Assembly (NCBI GenBank): GCA_002269645.1
Contig: NIVC01003372.1
Location: 1 to 64,000, forward strand
Reading direction: 5' to 3'
Source of the DNA: Macrostomum lignano
Taxonomy: Eukaryota
Length of the DNA: 64,000 bases
The notes beneath the pieces are model-generated. The model saw only the letters and a list, made by a program, of their open reading frames with translations, was not told where the DNA came from and ran no database searches. Below, piece after piece: positions 35,261 through 48,009 of this stretch. Position 1 is the stretch's first letter. The number at the start of each line of letters is the position of its first letter. The position numbers and the translations under genes were made by a program.

Positions 35261-38200
35261 ATGCTCGCCCCCAAGGCAATGTCCGAAGCAGACGATAACA
35301 ACGTCGATTTCGACACCCAACTTCGCCTGGAACGCGAGGAAGCCGCCGCAAAAGATGCTGCCAATGGCGTCTCGAACCAACGGACGAATGATAATGAGGC
35401 CAATAAAAAAACCCGAACTGACGAGGACGGCACCGTGTTCGATTGGGACGAGGACAAACAGGCTTGGTTTCCTAGAATCGACTCGGAAATGCTCATTCGC
35501 TATCAGCTTGGCTACGGCACCTCTGAGCAGCAGCAACAGCAGCCGATTGGAGGTCCGGAGTTCGACTCCCTGCCGCCGGAGGAGCAAGAGAAGGCTAGGG
35601 AATATTGGGAGCAGTATTATAATTCCCAGGAGTACAGGGACTGGTACGCTCGGTACAGTGATTCAGCGACTACTGCCGCAACTGCTGGGCAAGGTATGGG
35701 ATTTTATTTGAGCTATTTTTATCCCCAATTGTTTGTTAGAGTGTGTAGTACATTGTGATCCCAGTTTGGGATCTATAACACATTTTCATCCCAGTTCGGG
35801 ATCTATAACACAGTTTGATCCCAGTTTGGGATCTATAACACATTCTAATCCCAGTTTTGGATCTATAACATATTCTAATCCCAGTTTTGGATCTATAACA
35901 CATTCTAATCCTAGTTTGGGATCTAAAACACATTCTAATCCTAGTTTGGGATCTATAACATATTCTAATCCCAGTTTTGGATCTATAACACATTCTAATC
36001 CTAGTTTGGGATCTAAAACACATTCTAATCCTAGTTTGGGATCAAAAACACATTGTGATCCCAGTTTGGGATCTATAAAACATTTTGATCCCAGTTTGGG
36101 ATCTATAACACATTTTGATCCCAGTTTGGGATCTATAAAACATTTTGATCCCAGTTTGGGATCTATAACACATTCTAATATCCCAGTTTGAGATCCATCA
36201 CACTTTTGATCCCAGTGTAAGATCTACAGCACTTTTTATCCTAGTATGTGATTTATAACACTTTTGATCCCAGTTTGGGATCTATACTACATCGGGATCC
36301 CTTTAGTGCCTGAGTTCCAATTCCAAACAAATAATTTCCCCCTTAAACCCTTATTAAAACCCCTGCAGACGGTGAGTCTTCAACGGCAAGCCAGCAGCAG
36401 CAGCAGCAGAGCAGGAAACGCGAATTGAAAAAGAAGAAGCCAGACCAGCAGCAGCAGCAATGGTTCGAGGTGCCGCCAGACCAGAACACGCACGTTTTCG
36501 TGCAGAACCTGCCGCTAGACCTGACCGAGCCGGAGTTCATCGAGTTCATGTCCAAGTGCGGCATGGTGCTGCACGACCCGCTGACGCGCCGGCCGAAGGT
36601 CAAGCTGTACACGGACGAAGATGGCAATTTTAACGGCAGCGCCAGGTGCGGCTACATCAAGAAGGAGTCGGTGGCGCTGGCCCTGCAGATTCTGGACGGC
36701 TACCGGCTGCGAGACTGCGAGATCAGCGTGGAGCCGGCCAAGTTCCAGCCCAAGGAGGGGTTCGACCCCAGCAAGCGGAGGAAGCTCACTAATAAGGAGA
36801 AGAAGAAGGTGAGGGAGTCGGGTGTCGGGTTAAAAGGAATAGGGAGCTTTGTTCACTGGGAAGGGGAATTGGGAAGGATGGGGAGAATGCAGATTAGGGA
36901 ATTACGGGGTGAATTCAAATGGGGAATTTTAGGGAGAATTTAGATTGGGGAATTTAGGGGAGAATTCAGATTAGGAAATTGTATGGAAAGAATTCAGATT
37001 ATAAAAATATGGGGAGAGTTCATATTGGGGAATTATGGGAAGAATTCATATTGTGAAATCATGGGGAGAATTCAGATTGGGAAATCATGAGAAGAATTCA
37101 GATTGAGAAATTATGGAAGAGAATTCAGATTTGGGAATCATGGGGAGAATTCAGATTGGGGAATCATGAGGAGAATTCAGATTGGGGAATCATAAAAATA
37201 ATTCAGATTGAGAAATTATGGAAGAGAATTCAGATTTGGGAATCATGGGAAGAATTCAGATTGGGGAATCATGGGGAGAATTCAGATTGGGGAATCATGA
37301 GAATTCAGATTGGGGAATCATGAGGAGAATTCAGATTGGGGAATTATGAGAGAGAAATTATGAGAGAGAATCCAGTTTCGGAAATTATGGAAAAGAATTC
37401 AGATTGGGGAATCATGAGGAGAATTCAGATTGGGGAATCATGAGGAGAATTCAGATTGGGGAATCATGAGGAGAATTCAGATTGGGGAATTATGAGAGAG
37501 AAATTATGAGAGAGAATCCAGTTTCGGAAATTATGGAAAAGAATTCAGATTGGGGAATCATGAGGAGAATTCAGATTGGGGAATCATGAGGAGAATTCAG
37601 ATTGGGGAATCATGAGGAGAATTCAGATTGGGGAATTATGAGAGAGAATCCAGTTTCGGAAATTATGGAAAAGAATTCAGATTGGGGAATCATGAGGAGA
37701 ATTAAGATTGGGGAATAATGGGGAAGAATCTAGATTGGGGACTTATGGAAGAGAATTTCGACTAGATTAGGGATTAGGGAGAATTCAGATTAGGAAAATC
37801 CAGACTCGCTCCAACAGGTCGCATTACCGGCCCGCTACCAAACCCGCAGGTGAAAGAGCAGCAAACCCGCCTGTTGGCCTGGGCGCCCGCCGATTCCGCC
37901 GCCTCAGCAGACGGCGGCCTTGGCGTCAGCGCCGGCGCGAACGCCGCCCGACGCTCCGACCGGGTTTTGGTGATTTCCAACGTGTTTGACCCGTCCGAAT
38001 TCGACTCGGATCCGCTGCTGTTGGAGAAAATCCGCGACGATGTTGTGACCCGCTGCGCCCAGTACGGCCCGGTGCGCAAGGCCGTGGTGCACGATCGCAA
38101 CCCCGACGGCGTCGTGCTGGTCACCTTCGCCGAGTCCGGCCAGTGCAGCCTGGCTCTCAGCCAGCTCGATGGTCGGATGTTCCGCGCCGGCCGGGTGCTC

Positions 38201-38641
38201 AAAGCCGCCATCTGGGACGGCCGGACCAAGTACCACGTGGAGGAGACGGAGGAGCAGGCTGCCAGGCGACGGGCCATCTGGGAGCGGCAGATTCTTGGCG
38301 AAGATTGTCGACAGATTGGCCTCCCGACTACTGAGAGGCCGCTTGAAGGTCAGCCTGAAGGTCATCCTGGAGGTCAGCCTGAAGGTCATCCTAAAGGGCA
38401 ACCTGAAGGTCATCCTGAAGGTCATCCTAAAGGGCAACCTGAAGGTCATCCTGAAGGTCATCCTAAAGGGCAACCTGAAGGTCATCCTGAAGGTCATCCT
38501 GAAGGTCATCCTAAAGGGCAACCTGAAGCTCATCCTGGAGGCCATCCTGGAGGTCAACCTGAAGGTCAACCTGAAGTCGAAGCTGAATCAACCACAGACG
38601 AAGAAGAGCCAATAGCTTCGTCGTCAGATGACGATAATTAA
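35261..38641 (+). CDS. HTATSF1: HIV Tat-specific factor 1 / Cus2 homolog (U2 snRNP factor; RRM + UHM), 3 exons
   Basis: join(35261 or 35279..35693,36369..36808,37850..38641) with compatible phases. Motifs: WDEDKQAWFPRID..YQLGYG; RRM NTHVFVQNLPLD..KVKLYTD..YIKKESVALALQILDG..VEPAKFQPK; UHM VISNVFDP..DRNPDGVVLVTF..LDGRMF..AIWDGRTKY..EETEE. Confidence 0.95.
35750..36300. repeat. Intronic minisatellite, 30-bp unit with a hairpin
   Basis: (gatcccagtttgggatctataacacatttt)n. GATCCC-agttt-GGGATC is self-complementary. HTATSF1 intron 1. Confidence 0.95.
36930..37795. repeat. Intronic minisatellite, ~26-bp unit
   Basis: (gagaattcagattggggaatcatgag)n, HTATSF1 intron 2. Confidence 0.95.
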
Positions 38642-39459
38642 AATGCAAACAAAAATATGTATTATATGACTTATAAACACTACTTGAATGAAAAGTAGTA
38701 GCAGTAGTAAATATGAGTGCATTTTTTGCTATAATTTTTTTCATTTATTCCGCATGTGTTCAAAAACTAATGCTTTATTCTATATTAATTTGTAAGCAAT
38801 TCTATTTCTTATCTGTTGTCTGTAAAATATATGAAATTCAATATGGAATGCACAGACCAGTGGTGTGTGCCATCATGTGTGTGTGTGTTAATTAAATCTT
38901 TGACTTTATCGAATCTTTGTTATTTTATTTCGATTTAGGTTCAATGATGAAGTTTCAGAGAATCTGATTCGCCCACTTGCACAAGCTCAAAGTAACAGTC
39001 GGAAAAATTACTCAATCGATGTTTTGGGAGTCTGGACTGTTGTTGACCAAGAGATGAAGGGCTGAGATGAGCAGGATTGCGCAATCAGGGCTGAATCAAC
39101 AGTCAGAATGGAAGGCTTCCGGGGGTTGGTCAGGGCTCTGTGTAAACACGGCCCCGGACTGTTAAGAGGGCTCCTCTTCAATTATTTCATTTTACTGTTT
39201 ATTAACTCCTTCAAAGTAATCCGGGAATTGGCGATGCCTGAGGGCTCCGCTGGGGTTTGAGAAGGAATTTGGGAAATCAGTGTGCAAGAGAATGTCGCAG
39301 GCGGGCTGTTGAGATTAATGGCTGAGATTGACTGGGATGGATTGAATCGGGTTGCCTGTTAGACGTGTGAAGTCTAGAGACAGTTGAAATTCGTGAATAA
39401 ATATATTCATAGTTCCTGCCTGTAGGACTCTGAATGGGTTCTAAGGGCATGTATAGCAG

Positions 39460-40170
39460 TGTACACTGTTAGACACTGAAAGGGATCTACCTGTGCCTGT
39501 TAGACACTGTCAATGGGATCTACCTGTGCCTGTTAGACACTGTCAATGGGATCTACCTGTACCTGTTAGACATTGAAAGGGATCTACCTGTACCTGTTAG
39601 ACACTGAAAGGGATCTACCTGTGCCTGTTAGACACTGAAAAGGATCTACCTGTGCCTGTTAGACACTGAAAAGGATCTACCTGTGCCTGTTAGACACTGA
39701 AAGGGATCTACCTGTGCCTGTTAGACACTGTAGATTAGATCTACCTATGCCTGTTAGACACTGAAAGGGATCTACCTGTGCCTGTTAGACACTGTAAATA
39801 AGATCTACCTGTGCCTGTTAGACACTGAAAGGGATCTACCTGTGCCTGTTAGACACTGAAAGGGATCTACCTGTGCCTGTTAGACACTGTAGATTAGATC
39901 TACCTATGCCTGTTAGACACTGTAATTAGATCTACCTGTGCCTGTTAGACACTGTAAATAAGATCTACCTGTGCCTGTTAGACACTGAAAGGGATCTACC
40001 TGTGCCTGTTAGACACTGAAAGGGATCTACCTGTGCCTGTTAGACACTGAAAATAAGATCTACCTGTGCCTGTTAGACACTGAAAGGTATCTACCTGTGC
40101 CTGTTAGACACTAAATAAGATCTACCTGTTAGACACTAAATGGGTTCTGCATGTACCTGTTAGACACAAT
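39460..40170. repeat. Minisatellite, 31-bp unit
   Basis: (ctacctgtgcctgttagacactgaaagggat)n. Confidence 0.95.
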
Positions 40171-40924
40171 TAAGCCTAAGTGTCCCTGTTAGCACAATGA
40201 CGCAAATCGCTGAAAAAGTGGTTGACAAAGACATTTATTTCGGCTGCTCTTTCACCATTAAGCGCCACCCACCAAGCAGTGAAAACAAAGAGTTACCCAG
40301 AGAAGATTTCTCGTGTCCGCAAACAAAGCCAAAATGAAAAGCAACTTTCGCAACAGGCGCAGTCTCACGAGAGATGGGAGCAAGAAGTTGCGGGGATTGG
40401 GAATTGCGATAAAAATTCTGGAATTCTCGGGTCTACAGATGTGTGTGCCGAGGCTGATAACCGCTTCCATCACTGTAGCCTTCCCCACTTCCCACCCGCT
40501 GAGCAGCTGAAGGTCGAACTTATCCGAGACACTTCGAGTTTCCCCGCTCGCTTCCGTATTGTATTGTCAATCATCAGGTTAATCGCTGATAATGTAAGGG
40601 AAGAATTCTTTTTGGTGCCAAACAAACTTGGAAAACGAAATTGTAACTATAGACAGTTATATATGCATAGTGGGATCTGTTTAACTGACTGGGAAGTGTG
40701 TTTAGGCATCCCGCTGAGTGTCTGTGTCGGGGCTTATCTCCCTATTCTTCAAGGCCAACCCGGCCCTGGCAGTCGGTCATGCAGCACCTCGGAACTTTTA
40801 ACAAGGTTAATAAGTAGCTGAAACTTAAGATAAGAAGTTTTTCATGTTGCATTTTGTGCCGCATCATCTTAGTTTACTTCGGTGGTAATTATGGAGTTTG
40901 AATAGATAAAATATCATTGCAGAG

Positions 40925-41310
40925 GCGTCCCTTGGTGCTGGCGCCCCTTGGTGCTGGCGTCCCTTGGTGCTGGCGCCCCTTGGTGCTTGGCGCCCCTTGG
41001 TACTTGGCGCCCCTTGGTGCTTGGCGAAGTTGGGGCCATTTGGTGCTGGCGCCCCTTGGTGCTGGCGCCCCTTGGTGCTTGGCGCCCCTTGGTACTTGGC
41101 GCCCCTTGGTGCTTGGCGAAGTTGGGGCCATTTGGTGCTGGCGCCCCTTGGTGCTGGCGCCCCTTGGTGCTGGCGCCCCTTGGTGCTGGCGCCCCTTGGT
41201 GCTGGCGCCCCTTGGTGCTGGCGCCCCTTGGTGCTGGCGCCCCTTGGTGCTGGCGCCCCTTGGTGCTGGCGCCCCTTGGTGCTGGCGCCCCTTGGTGCTG
41301 GCGCCCCTCA
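40925..41310. repeat. GC-rich minisatellite, 16-bp unit
   Basis: (ccccttggtgctggcg)n. Explains five overlapping ORFs in the track. Confidence 0.95.
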
Positions 41311-41528
41311 AAAGTGGAAATGTTCCTCTTGAATGAAACAGAGCCATATAAAAATAGACACAAAATTAATGCTGTTGCCTGTTACCATGCAATTTTATAA
41401 ACCTTTCCTAATAACCCCTGCAGTCAAAACAACATTTTGACTCCATATACTGCAATAAGCGCCCCAGTACACTGCACATTTACCCAGCCTGCAGCTCAAT
41501 CAAAAAGCAACCCCCCAAGCCCTCCTAC

Positions 41529-41782
41529 ATGACAGCAACAAAATTTCTAAGATCGGCTCTGCAGCTATCTGTGAATCGGAATAAATTGATGACTAGCAGC
41601 TGGTGACGCTTGTCCAGGGTTTCTACTGGCGATTTTTTTAGTAGTCCATGCGCGAACGATGGCACATGGAGCACGAACTGCTGCTCTGTGTATTTTCTAC
41701 TTGCTTTTTCCGGCTGCTGCTTGGCGGCGTCCTTGTTGGCATCGGCGGCCTTCTTGTCGGCGGCGGCTTTCTTGGCAGGCAT
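41529..41782 (-). CDS. Probable first coding exon of an unidentified gene (MPAKKAAADKK...)
   Basis: GC3-rich codons at the N-terminus, a ctaat..caacag acceptor 6 nt before the ATG, and a possible donor gtagga at 41528. A phase-compatible acceptor at 40627 gives LFGTKKNSS.. and then a stop. No family was recognised. Confidence 0.45.
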
Positions 41783-41879
41783 GTTTGTCTGTTGAGATTA
41801 GGAAGCTGATGCTACCTTTATTTTTTAGGACTTTGAAAGTCTCACCTGCTCCCTTCATGAAATCTGTCGCCTCCTCAGA

Positions 41880-42100
41880 AGTAATGGCGCCCCCTCAGAC
41901 ACAAATGGCGCCTCCTCAGATGTAAATGGCGCCTCCTCAGATGTAAATGGCGCCTCCTCAGATGTAAATGGCGCCTCCTCAGATGAAATGGCGCCTCCAC
42001 AGATGAAATGGCGCCTCCACAGATGAAATGGCGCCTCCACAGATGAAATGGCGCCTCCACAGATGAAATGGCGCCTCCACAGATGAAATTGCGCCTCCAT
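41880..42100. repeat. Minisatellite, 20-21-bp unit
   Basis: (gatgaaatggcgcctccaca)n. Confidence 0.95.
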
Positions 42101-42479
42101 CAGAAAGAAAAAAGTAATGCTAACTGAGGTCCAACTGCTTGATTTGATAAAGTTTTTCACACTTTTCAATTTCAATCTACTGTCAATATATTTTATTTAA
42201 TCCTTTCTTCAATTCCGGACTGAGACTCCCCGCTGCTGCAGGTGCGGAGTGCAGGAGCTGTGTGGATTTCCTTGTTGTCAAGGCCGGTCTCTGGCTTCCT
42301 AAATCATAGCGACAAGATTCTAACAATCTTTGTCTGTCTGTCAAATTGCAGTTTTTTTGCGTTCGTTTCGAACCCTGCTGAGGGCATGACGTGCTGTTTA
42401 CATTGCTTCCTAGGGTTTTCGGACGGGATCGCTCAGCATGGGTTCTCCTGCTAGTTATAAAATAGGTGGGTAGATAGAA

Positions 42480-43165
42480 GAGTGAGAGGAGAGTTGATAG
42501 GATGGTAGATAGGAGGGTAGATAGGAGGGTAGATAAGAGAGTAGATAGGAGGGTAGATAGGAGAGTAGATAAGAGGGTAGATAGGAAAGTAGATAAGAGG
42601 GTAGATAGCGAAGTAGATAGGGAAGTAGACAGGAGAGTACATAGGAGAGTAGATAGGACGGGTAAAATAGGACAGGTAAGATAAGACAGGTAAGATTGGA
42701 CAGGTAAGATAGGACAGGTAAAATAGGACAGGTAAAATAGGACAGGTAAAATAGGACAGGTAAAATAGGACAGGTAAAATAGGACAGGTAAAATAGGACA
42801 GGTAAAATAGGACAGGTAAGATTGGACAGGGAAGATAGGACAGGTAAAATAGGACAGGTAAAATAGGACAGGTAAGATTGGACAGGGAAGATAGGACAGG
42901 TAAAATAGGACAGGTAAAATAGGACAGGTAAAATAGGACAGGTAAAATAGGACAGGTAAGATAGGACAGGTAAGATAAGACAGGTAAGATTTGACAGGGA
43001 AGATAGGACAGGTAAAATAGGACAGGTAAGATTGGACAGGGAAGATAGGACAGGTAAAATAGGACAGGTAAGATAGGACAGGTAAGATTGGACAGGTAAG
43101 ATAGGACAGGTAAGATTGGACAGGTAAGATAGGACAGGTAAGATTGGACAGGTAAGATAGGACAA
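42480..43165. repeat. Two adjacent minisatellites, 12-bp then 15-bp units
   Basis: (gtagataggagg)n to ~42660, then (ataggacaggtaaa/ag..)n. Confidence 0.95.
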
Positions 43166-43774
43166 TTATGGTGGAAAAAGACAGAAAGAAGCCAAAATAA
43201 GCAAAGCAGCATTGATATCCCAGACGCATGAATGGTTTTCGCAGATCCCTTAATCCGCGTGGGAGGGAGGAATTACGCTCACAGTTTAAATCCCGTTCGA
43301 CTGCAGGACAGAGCGCGCACTTGTCAATTCCACAGCCGAGTTTAATTGGCCTCTAAAACCAATGATGGCGGCCCTCGCGTTGCCCTAACAACTGCGGGGC
43401 CAATCTGGCAAGCATGCTATAGCTTGGCAATGCTTCTTATGCAACCACTGGCTGCAGCGCCGGTGGGCAGTGACCCCATGCTGAGCAGGAGGTCCCGGTC
43501 TGCTAATTAGCCGCATGCTTCAGGCTGCCTGCAAGCTGGAATGCTTCATCCAGCGTTTCCACGTGCCAGTTGCAGTCCAGCTAGGATGCAGCATGTGGGA
43601 TCAAGCGGGAAGCACGCGGGGGAACTTATTACGTGAGCAGTGTAAGTTTGGAACTGCGCTTAATATGCTGCCACCGCTCTATATAGTGGCCCAGGGACCT
43701 CCATGAAGACTTGGACTGGAACCAAACATTACGGAACTAATGTGGCCTGGATTCTCGAGAATTCTCGTCCCTCA

Positions 43775-44095
43775 TCTGCTGTATCCACCTCATCTGCAAT
43801 GTCCACCTCATCTGCAATGTCCACCTCATCTGCAATGTCCACCTCATCTGCAATGTCCACCTCATCTGCAATGTCCACCTCATCTGCTATATCCACCTCA
43901 TCTGCAATGTCCACCACATCTATGTCCACAAAATCTAAAATGTCCACCTCATCTGCAGTGTCCACTGCATCCACCTCATCTACAATGTCCACCTCATCTG
44001 CAGTGTCCACTGCATCCACCTCATCTACAATGTCCACCTCATCTACAATGTCCACCTCATCTACAATGTCCACCTCATCTACTATGTCCACCAAG
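43775..44095. repeat. Minisatellite, 18-bp unit
   Basis: (tccacctcatctgcaatg)n. Confidence 0.95.
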
Positions 44096-44519
44096 CCTTG
44101 AAAAGAGTTGTTTCTTAGAATCGAAACGTCTGATCTAAAGGTCTAAAATTAATCGAAAAGTTCATTTTCATTATCTTGGATTTCCAGCCTCCAGTCCAAG
44201 GTATGTAAAGGTCCTTGGTCAACAGCCATGCGACCCACTTAGCATAGTAATTTAGTTATATAGCTTTCTTTTGAAGAATTTTTAAAGTTAGTTAGGAAAG
44301 AGCGTAGCTCTAAAGCAATACAATGTTAATTGAAGGTGACACCAGATGTAAACAGTCTATGTGGTTTGCGAGTGCTGCGCCCCATAATGTTGATTATCCT
44401 GCTATGGGATCTGCCTGAAATATTGATATTGGTTCTGGGGAACATTAGAGTAATGTGCGCACGCGTTTCGAGCGTCCTCGACCCACTTTTTAAGTTGTGA
44501 TTCTCGATAAAAGCTGTGA

Positions 44520-46440
44520 TTCCTGACCCATTTTTAGAACTGAGATTCCTGACCCATTTCTAAATTTGGGATTTTTGACCCATTTCAAAATTTCGGATTC
44601 TTGACCCCTTTCTAAATTTGGGATTCTTGACCCATTTCAAAATTTCGGATTCTTGACCTATTTTTAAATTTGGGATTCTTGGCCAATTTTAAATTTGGGG
44701 TTCTGGACCTATTTCTACTTCTAAGTATTTTTGACCCATGTCTAATTCTTGGGATTCTTGACCCATTTCTAAATTTGGGATTCTTGACCTATTTCTAAAC
44801 TTAGGATTCCTGATTTCCTGACCCATTTCTGAATTTTGGATTTTTGACCCTTTAAATTTGGGATTCTTGACCCATTTCAAAATTTGGGATTCTTGACCTA
44901 TTTCTAATTATTGGGCTTCTTGACCCATTTCTAATTATTGGGATTCTTGACCCATTTCTAAATTTGGGATTCTTGACCCATTTTAAAATTTGGGATTCTT
45001 GACCCATTTTAAAATTTGGGATTCTTGACCCATTTTAAAATTTGGGATTCTTGACCCATTTTAAAATTTGGGATTCTTGACCCATTTTAAAATTTGGGAT
45101 TCTTGACCCATTTTAAAATTTGGGATTCTTGACCTATTTCTAATTATTGGGCTTCTTGACCCATTTCTAATTATTGGGATTCTTGACCCATTTCTAAATT
45201 TGGGATTCTTGACCCATTTTAAAATTTGGGATTCTTGACCTATTTCTAATTATTGGGCTTCTTGACCCATTTCTAAAAATCGGATTCTTGACCCATTTTT
45301 AAATTTGGGATTCTTGGCCCATTTATAATTCTTGGAATTCCTGACCCATTTCTAAACTTGGGATTCTGAACCTATTTCTACTTCTAGGTATTCTTGACCT
45401 ATGTCTATTTCTTGGGATTCTTGACCCATTTCTTAATTTAGGGTTCTTGACCCATTTCAAAATTTGGGATTCTTGAACCATTTTAAAATTTGGGATTCTT
45501 GACCCATTTTAAAATTTGGGATTCTTGACCCATTTTAAAATTTGGGATTCTTGACCTATTTCTAATAATTGGGCTTCTTGACCCATTTCTAAAAATCGGA
45601 TTCTTGACCCATTTTTAAATTTGGGATTCTTGGCCCATTTATAATTCTTGGAATTCCTGACCCATTTCTAAACTTGGGATTCTGAACCTATTTCTACTTC
45701 TAGGTATTCTTGACCTATGTCTATTTCTTGGGATTCTTGACCCATTTCTTAATTTAGGGTTCTTGACCCATTTCAAAATTTGGGATTCTTGAACCATTTT
45801 AAAATTTGGGATTCTTGACCCATTTTAAAATTTGGGATTCTTGACCCATTTTAAAATTTGGGATTCTTGACCTATTTCTAATTATTGGGCTTCTTGACCC
45901 ATTTCTAATTATTGGGATTCTTGACCCATTTCTAAATTTGGGATTCTTGACCCATTTTAAAATTTGGGATTCTTGACCTATTTCTAATTATTGGGCTTCT
46001 TGACCCATTTCTAAAAATCGGATTCTTGACCCATTTTTAAATTTGGGATTCTTGGCCCATTTATAATTCTTGGAATTCCTGACCCATTTCTAAACTTGGG
46101 ATTCTGAACCTATTTCTACTTCTAGGTATTCTTGACCTATGTCTATTTCTTGGGATTCTTGACCCATTTCTTAATTTAGGGTTCTTGACCCATTTCAAAA
46201 TTTTGGATTCTTGAACCATTTCTAAATTTGGGATTCTTGACCCATTTCTAATTATTGGGATTCTTGGCCCATTTCTAATTATTGGGATTCTTGACCCATT
46301 TCTAATTATTGGGATTCTTGACCCATTTCTAATTATTGGGATTCTTGGCCCATTTCAAAATTTGGGATTTTAAACCCATTTTTAAATGTGGGATTCAGGA
46401 CCCATTTATAAATCAAGGATTATAGACCCATTTTGAAACT
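44520..46440. repeat. Minisatellite, 26-bp unit with higher-order blocks
   Basis: (attcttgacccattttaaaatttggg)n. A variant block starting ctaaaaatcggattc recurs at ~45273, 45589 and 46011. Confidence 0.95.
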
Positions 46441-47124
46441 TAGGATTTGGTACATGATTTGAGCGACTTGTAGAGGCAGAGGTAGAACCTCCACCCCCCT
46501 CCCCGGCAATTATCCCTCAGTCTACAACCCCCCCCCGAGTAATCTCTCTAAGATTCACAAACAAAAGGCATTAACAGATTGAAGTTCCGCAGTTGTCTCT
46601 GGACTCTTAGGAATGCTTTCGGCCCATCCTATAAACTATCTGAAAAGACATGCAGTTTCTGCGGCCAGAAACCAACCAACGACTGACAGGAAATTTTAAT
46701 GGGTTTCCCTGAAATTGGAAATTTTCAACAACGAAAATGAGAATTTCTCGTTACGTTGGTTTGCTTGCGAATGAAATTTTTCGATAATTTTCGGAAGGCT
46801 ACCCCCGGCGGCTCGGGGCACCTGCCCTCGCTGTCCGAGTTTCCGTTGGCCGGGGGGGGATGGGGCACTCCGCTCTGGAATGTCCGGCCCTGTCCGGCCG
46901 GGGTTTCGAAAATCCCAGCGTGCGCCTCAAGAATGCGGCGTCGAATACCTTCGTGGGAGTATCCGGGTAGAGGGGGTGCAGTCAGGAATGGGTGACGCGG
47001 GATGAGTGACGTCCGCGGGAAATCACTACCGAGATTGGAGGGAGGACCAAGCCTCCCTATCGTCCCTATAGAGCTGAAAAATTACTTCGTGAAAATTTTG
47101 CCCCAAAATTGCGTCGGGTAGAAC

Positions 47125-47432
47125 TTAAATTAGTGTCAGGTAGAACATAAATTAGTGTCAGGTAGAACATAAATTAGTGTCAGGTAGAACATAAATTAGT
47201 GTCAGGTAGAACATAAATTAGTGTCAGGTAGAACTTAAATTAGTGTCAGGTGGAACATAAATTAGTGTCAGGTAGAACATAAATTAGTGTCAGGTAAAAC
47301 ATAAATTAGTGTCAGGTGGAACATAAACTAGTGTCACGTAAAACTAATTAAGTGTCAGGTAGAATAGAACTTAAATTAGTGTCAGGTAGAACTTAAATTA
47401 GTGTCAGGTAGAACTTAAATTAGTGTCAGGTA
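47125..47432. repeat. Minisatellite, 22-bp unit
   Basis: (aaattagtgtcaggtagaacat)n. Confidence 0.95.
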
Positions 47433-48009
47433 GAGTTGCCCTTGGACAAACCTAGGCTACGTTGTTTACTGAAGTCTGATAGAGGTGAGAAATGTGTTTA
47501 AAAGTTTTTTGCAAGCAACAGAAAGTTCGACATTGGAATTTCGGGAAAAAACACTGCGTTAGAATTTCGGAGTTAGAGGTGGTAGTTCTTGGGAAGCTTG
47601 CTTGAATCTGCTTCACACACCCCTCCTCTAGCTTCATTTGCTGCAATGGCGCGAAAAAAAGTTTTGCATTGCTTCTTTTCTCTCTCCTTCACCGGTGTTT
47701 GTTCCCTGTGAACAGCCGGTTCGACCTGTGTACGAGTACGAGTATAAGACGTTTTAGGCAGTAGCCATGGAGATTCAAAACTAGAATTCGGTCGCGACTC
47801 GCGATATATTTAGTCTACGCCAAATTGACTGCGGAACCTCTAACTCTTAACGTAACTGTAACCAAAAACCTAAAACCCTAAACTCTAACACCAACCAAAA
47901 ACCTTACACCGATTCCTAAACCATAAACCAGAGGTCGGAAAACTTTTTACACCCAGGGCCAGATAAAGCATTCAGCTAATGGATGCGTAGAAATGGGAGG
48001 GAATAGAAT

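Noticed and set aside
46740-47090. GC-rich island as rRNA or other ncRNA
   Set aside because: No recognisable rRNA or snRNA motif. It may be a promoter or TE fragment but is unsupported.
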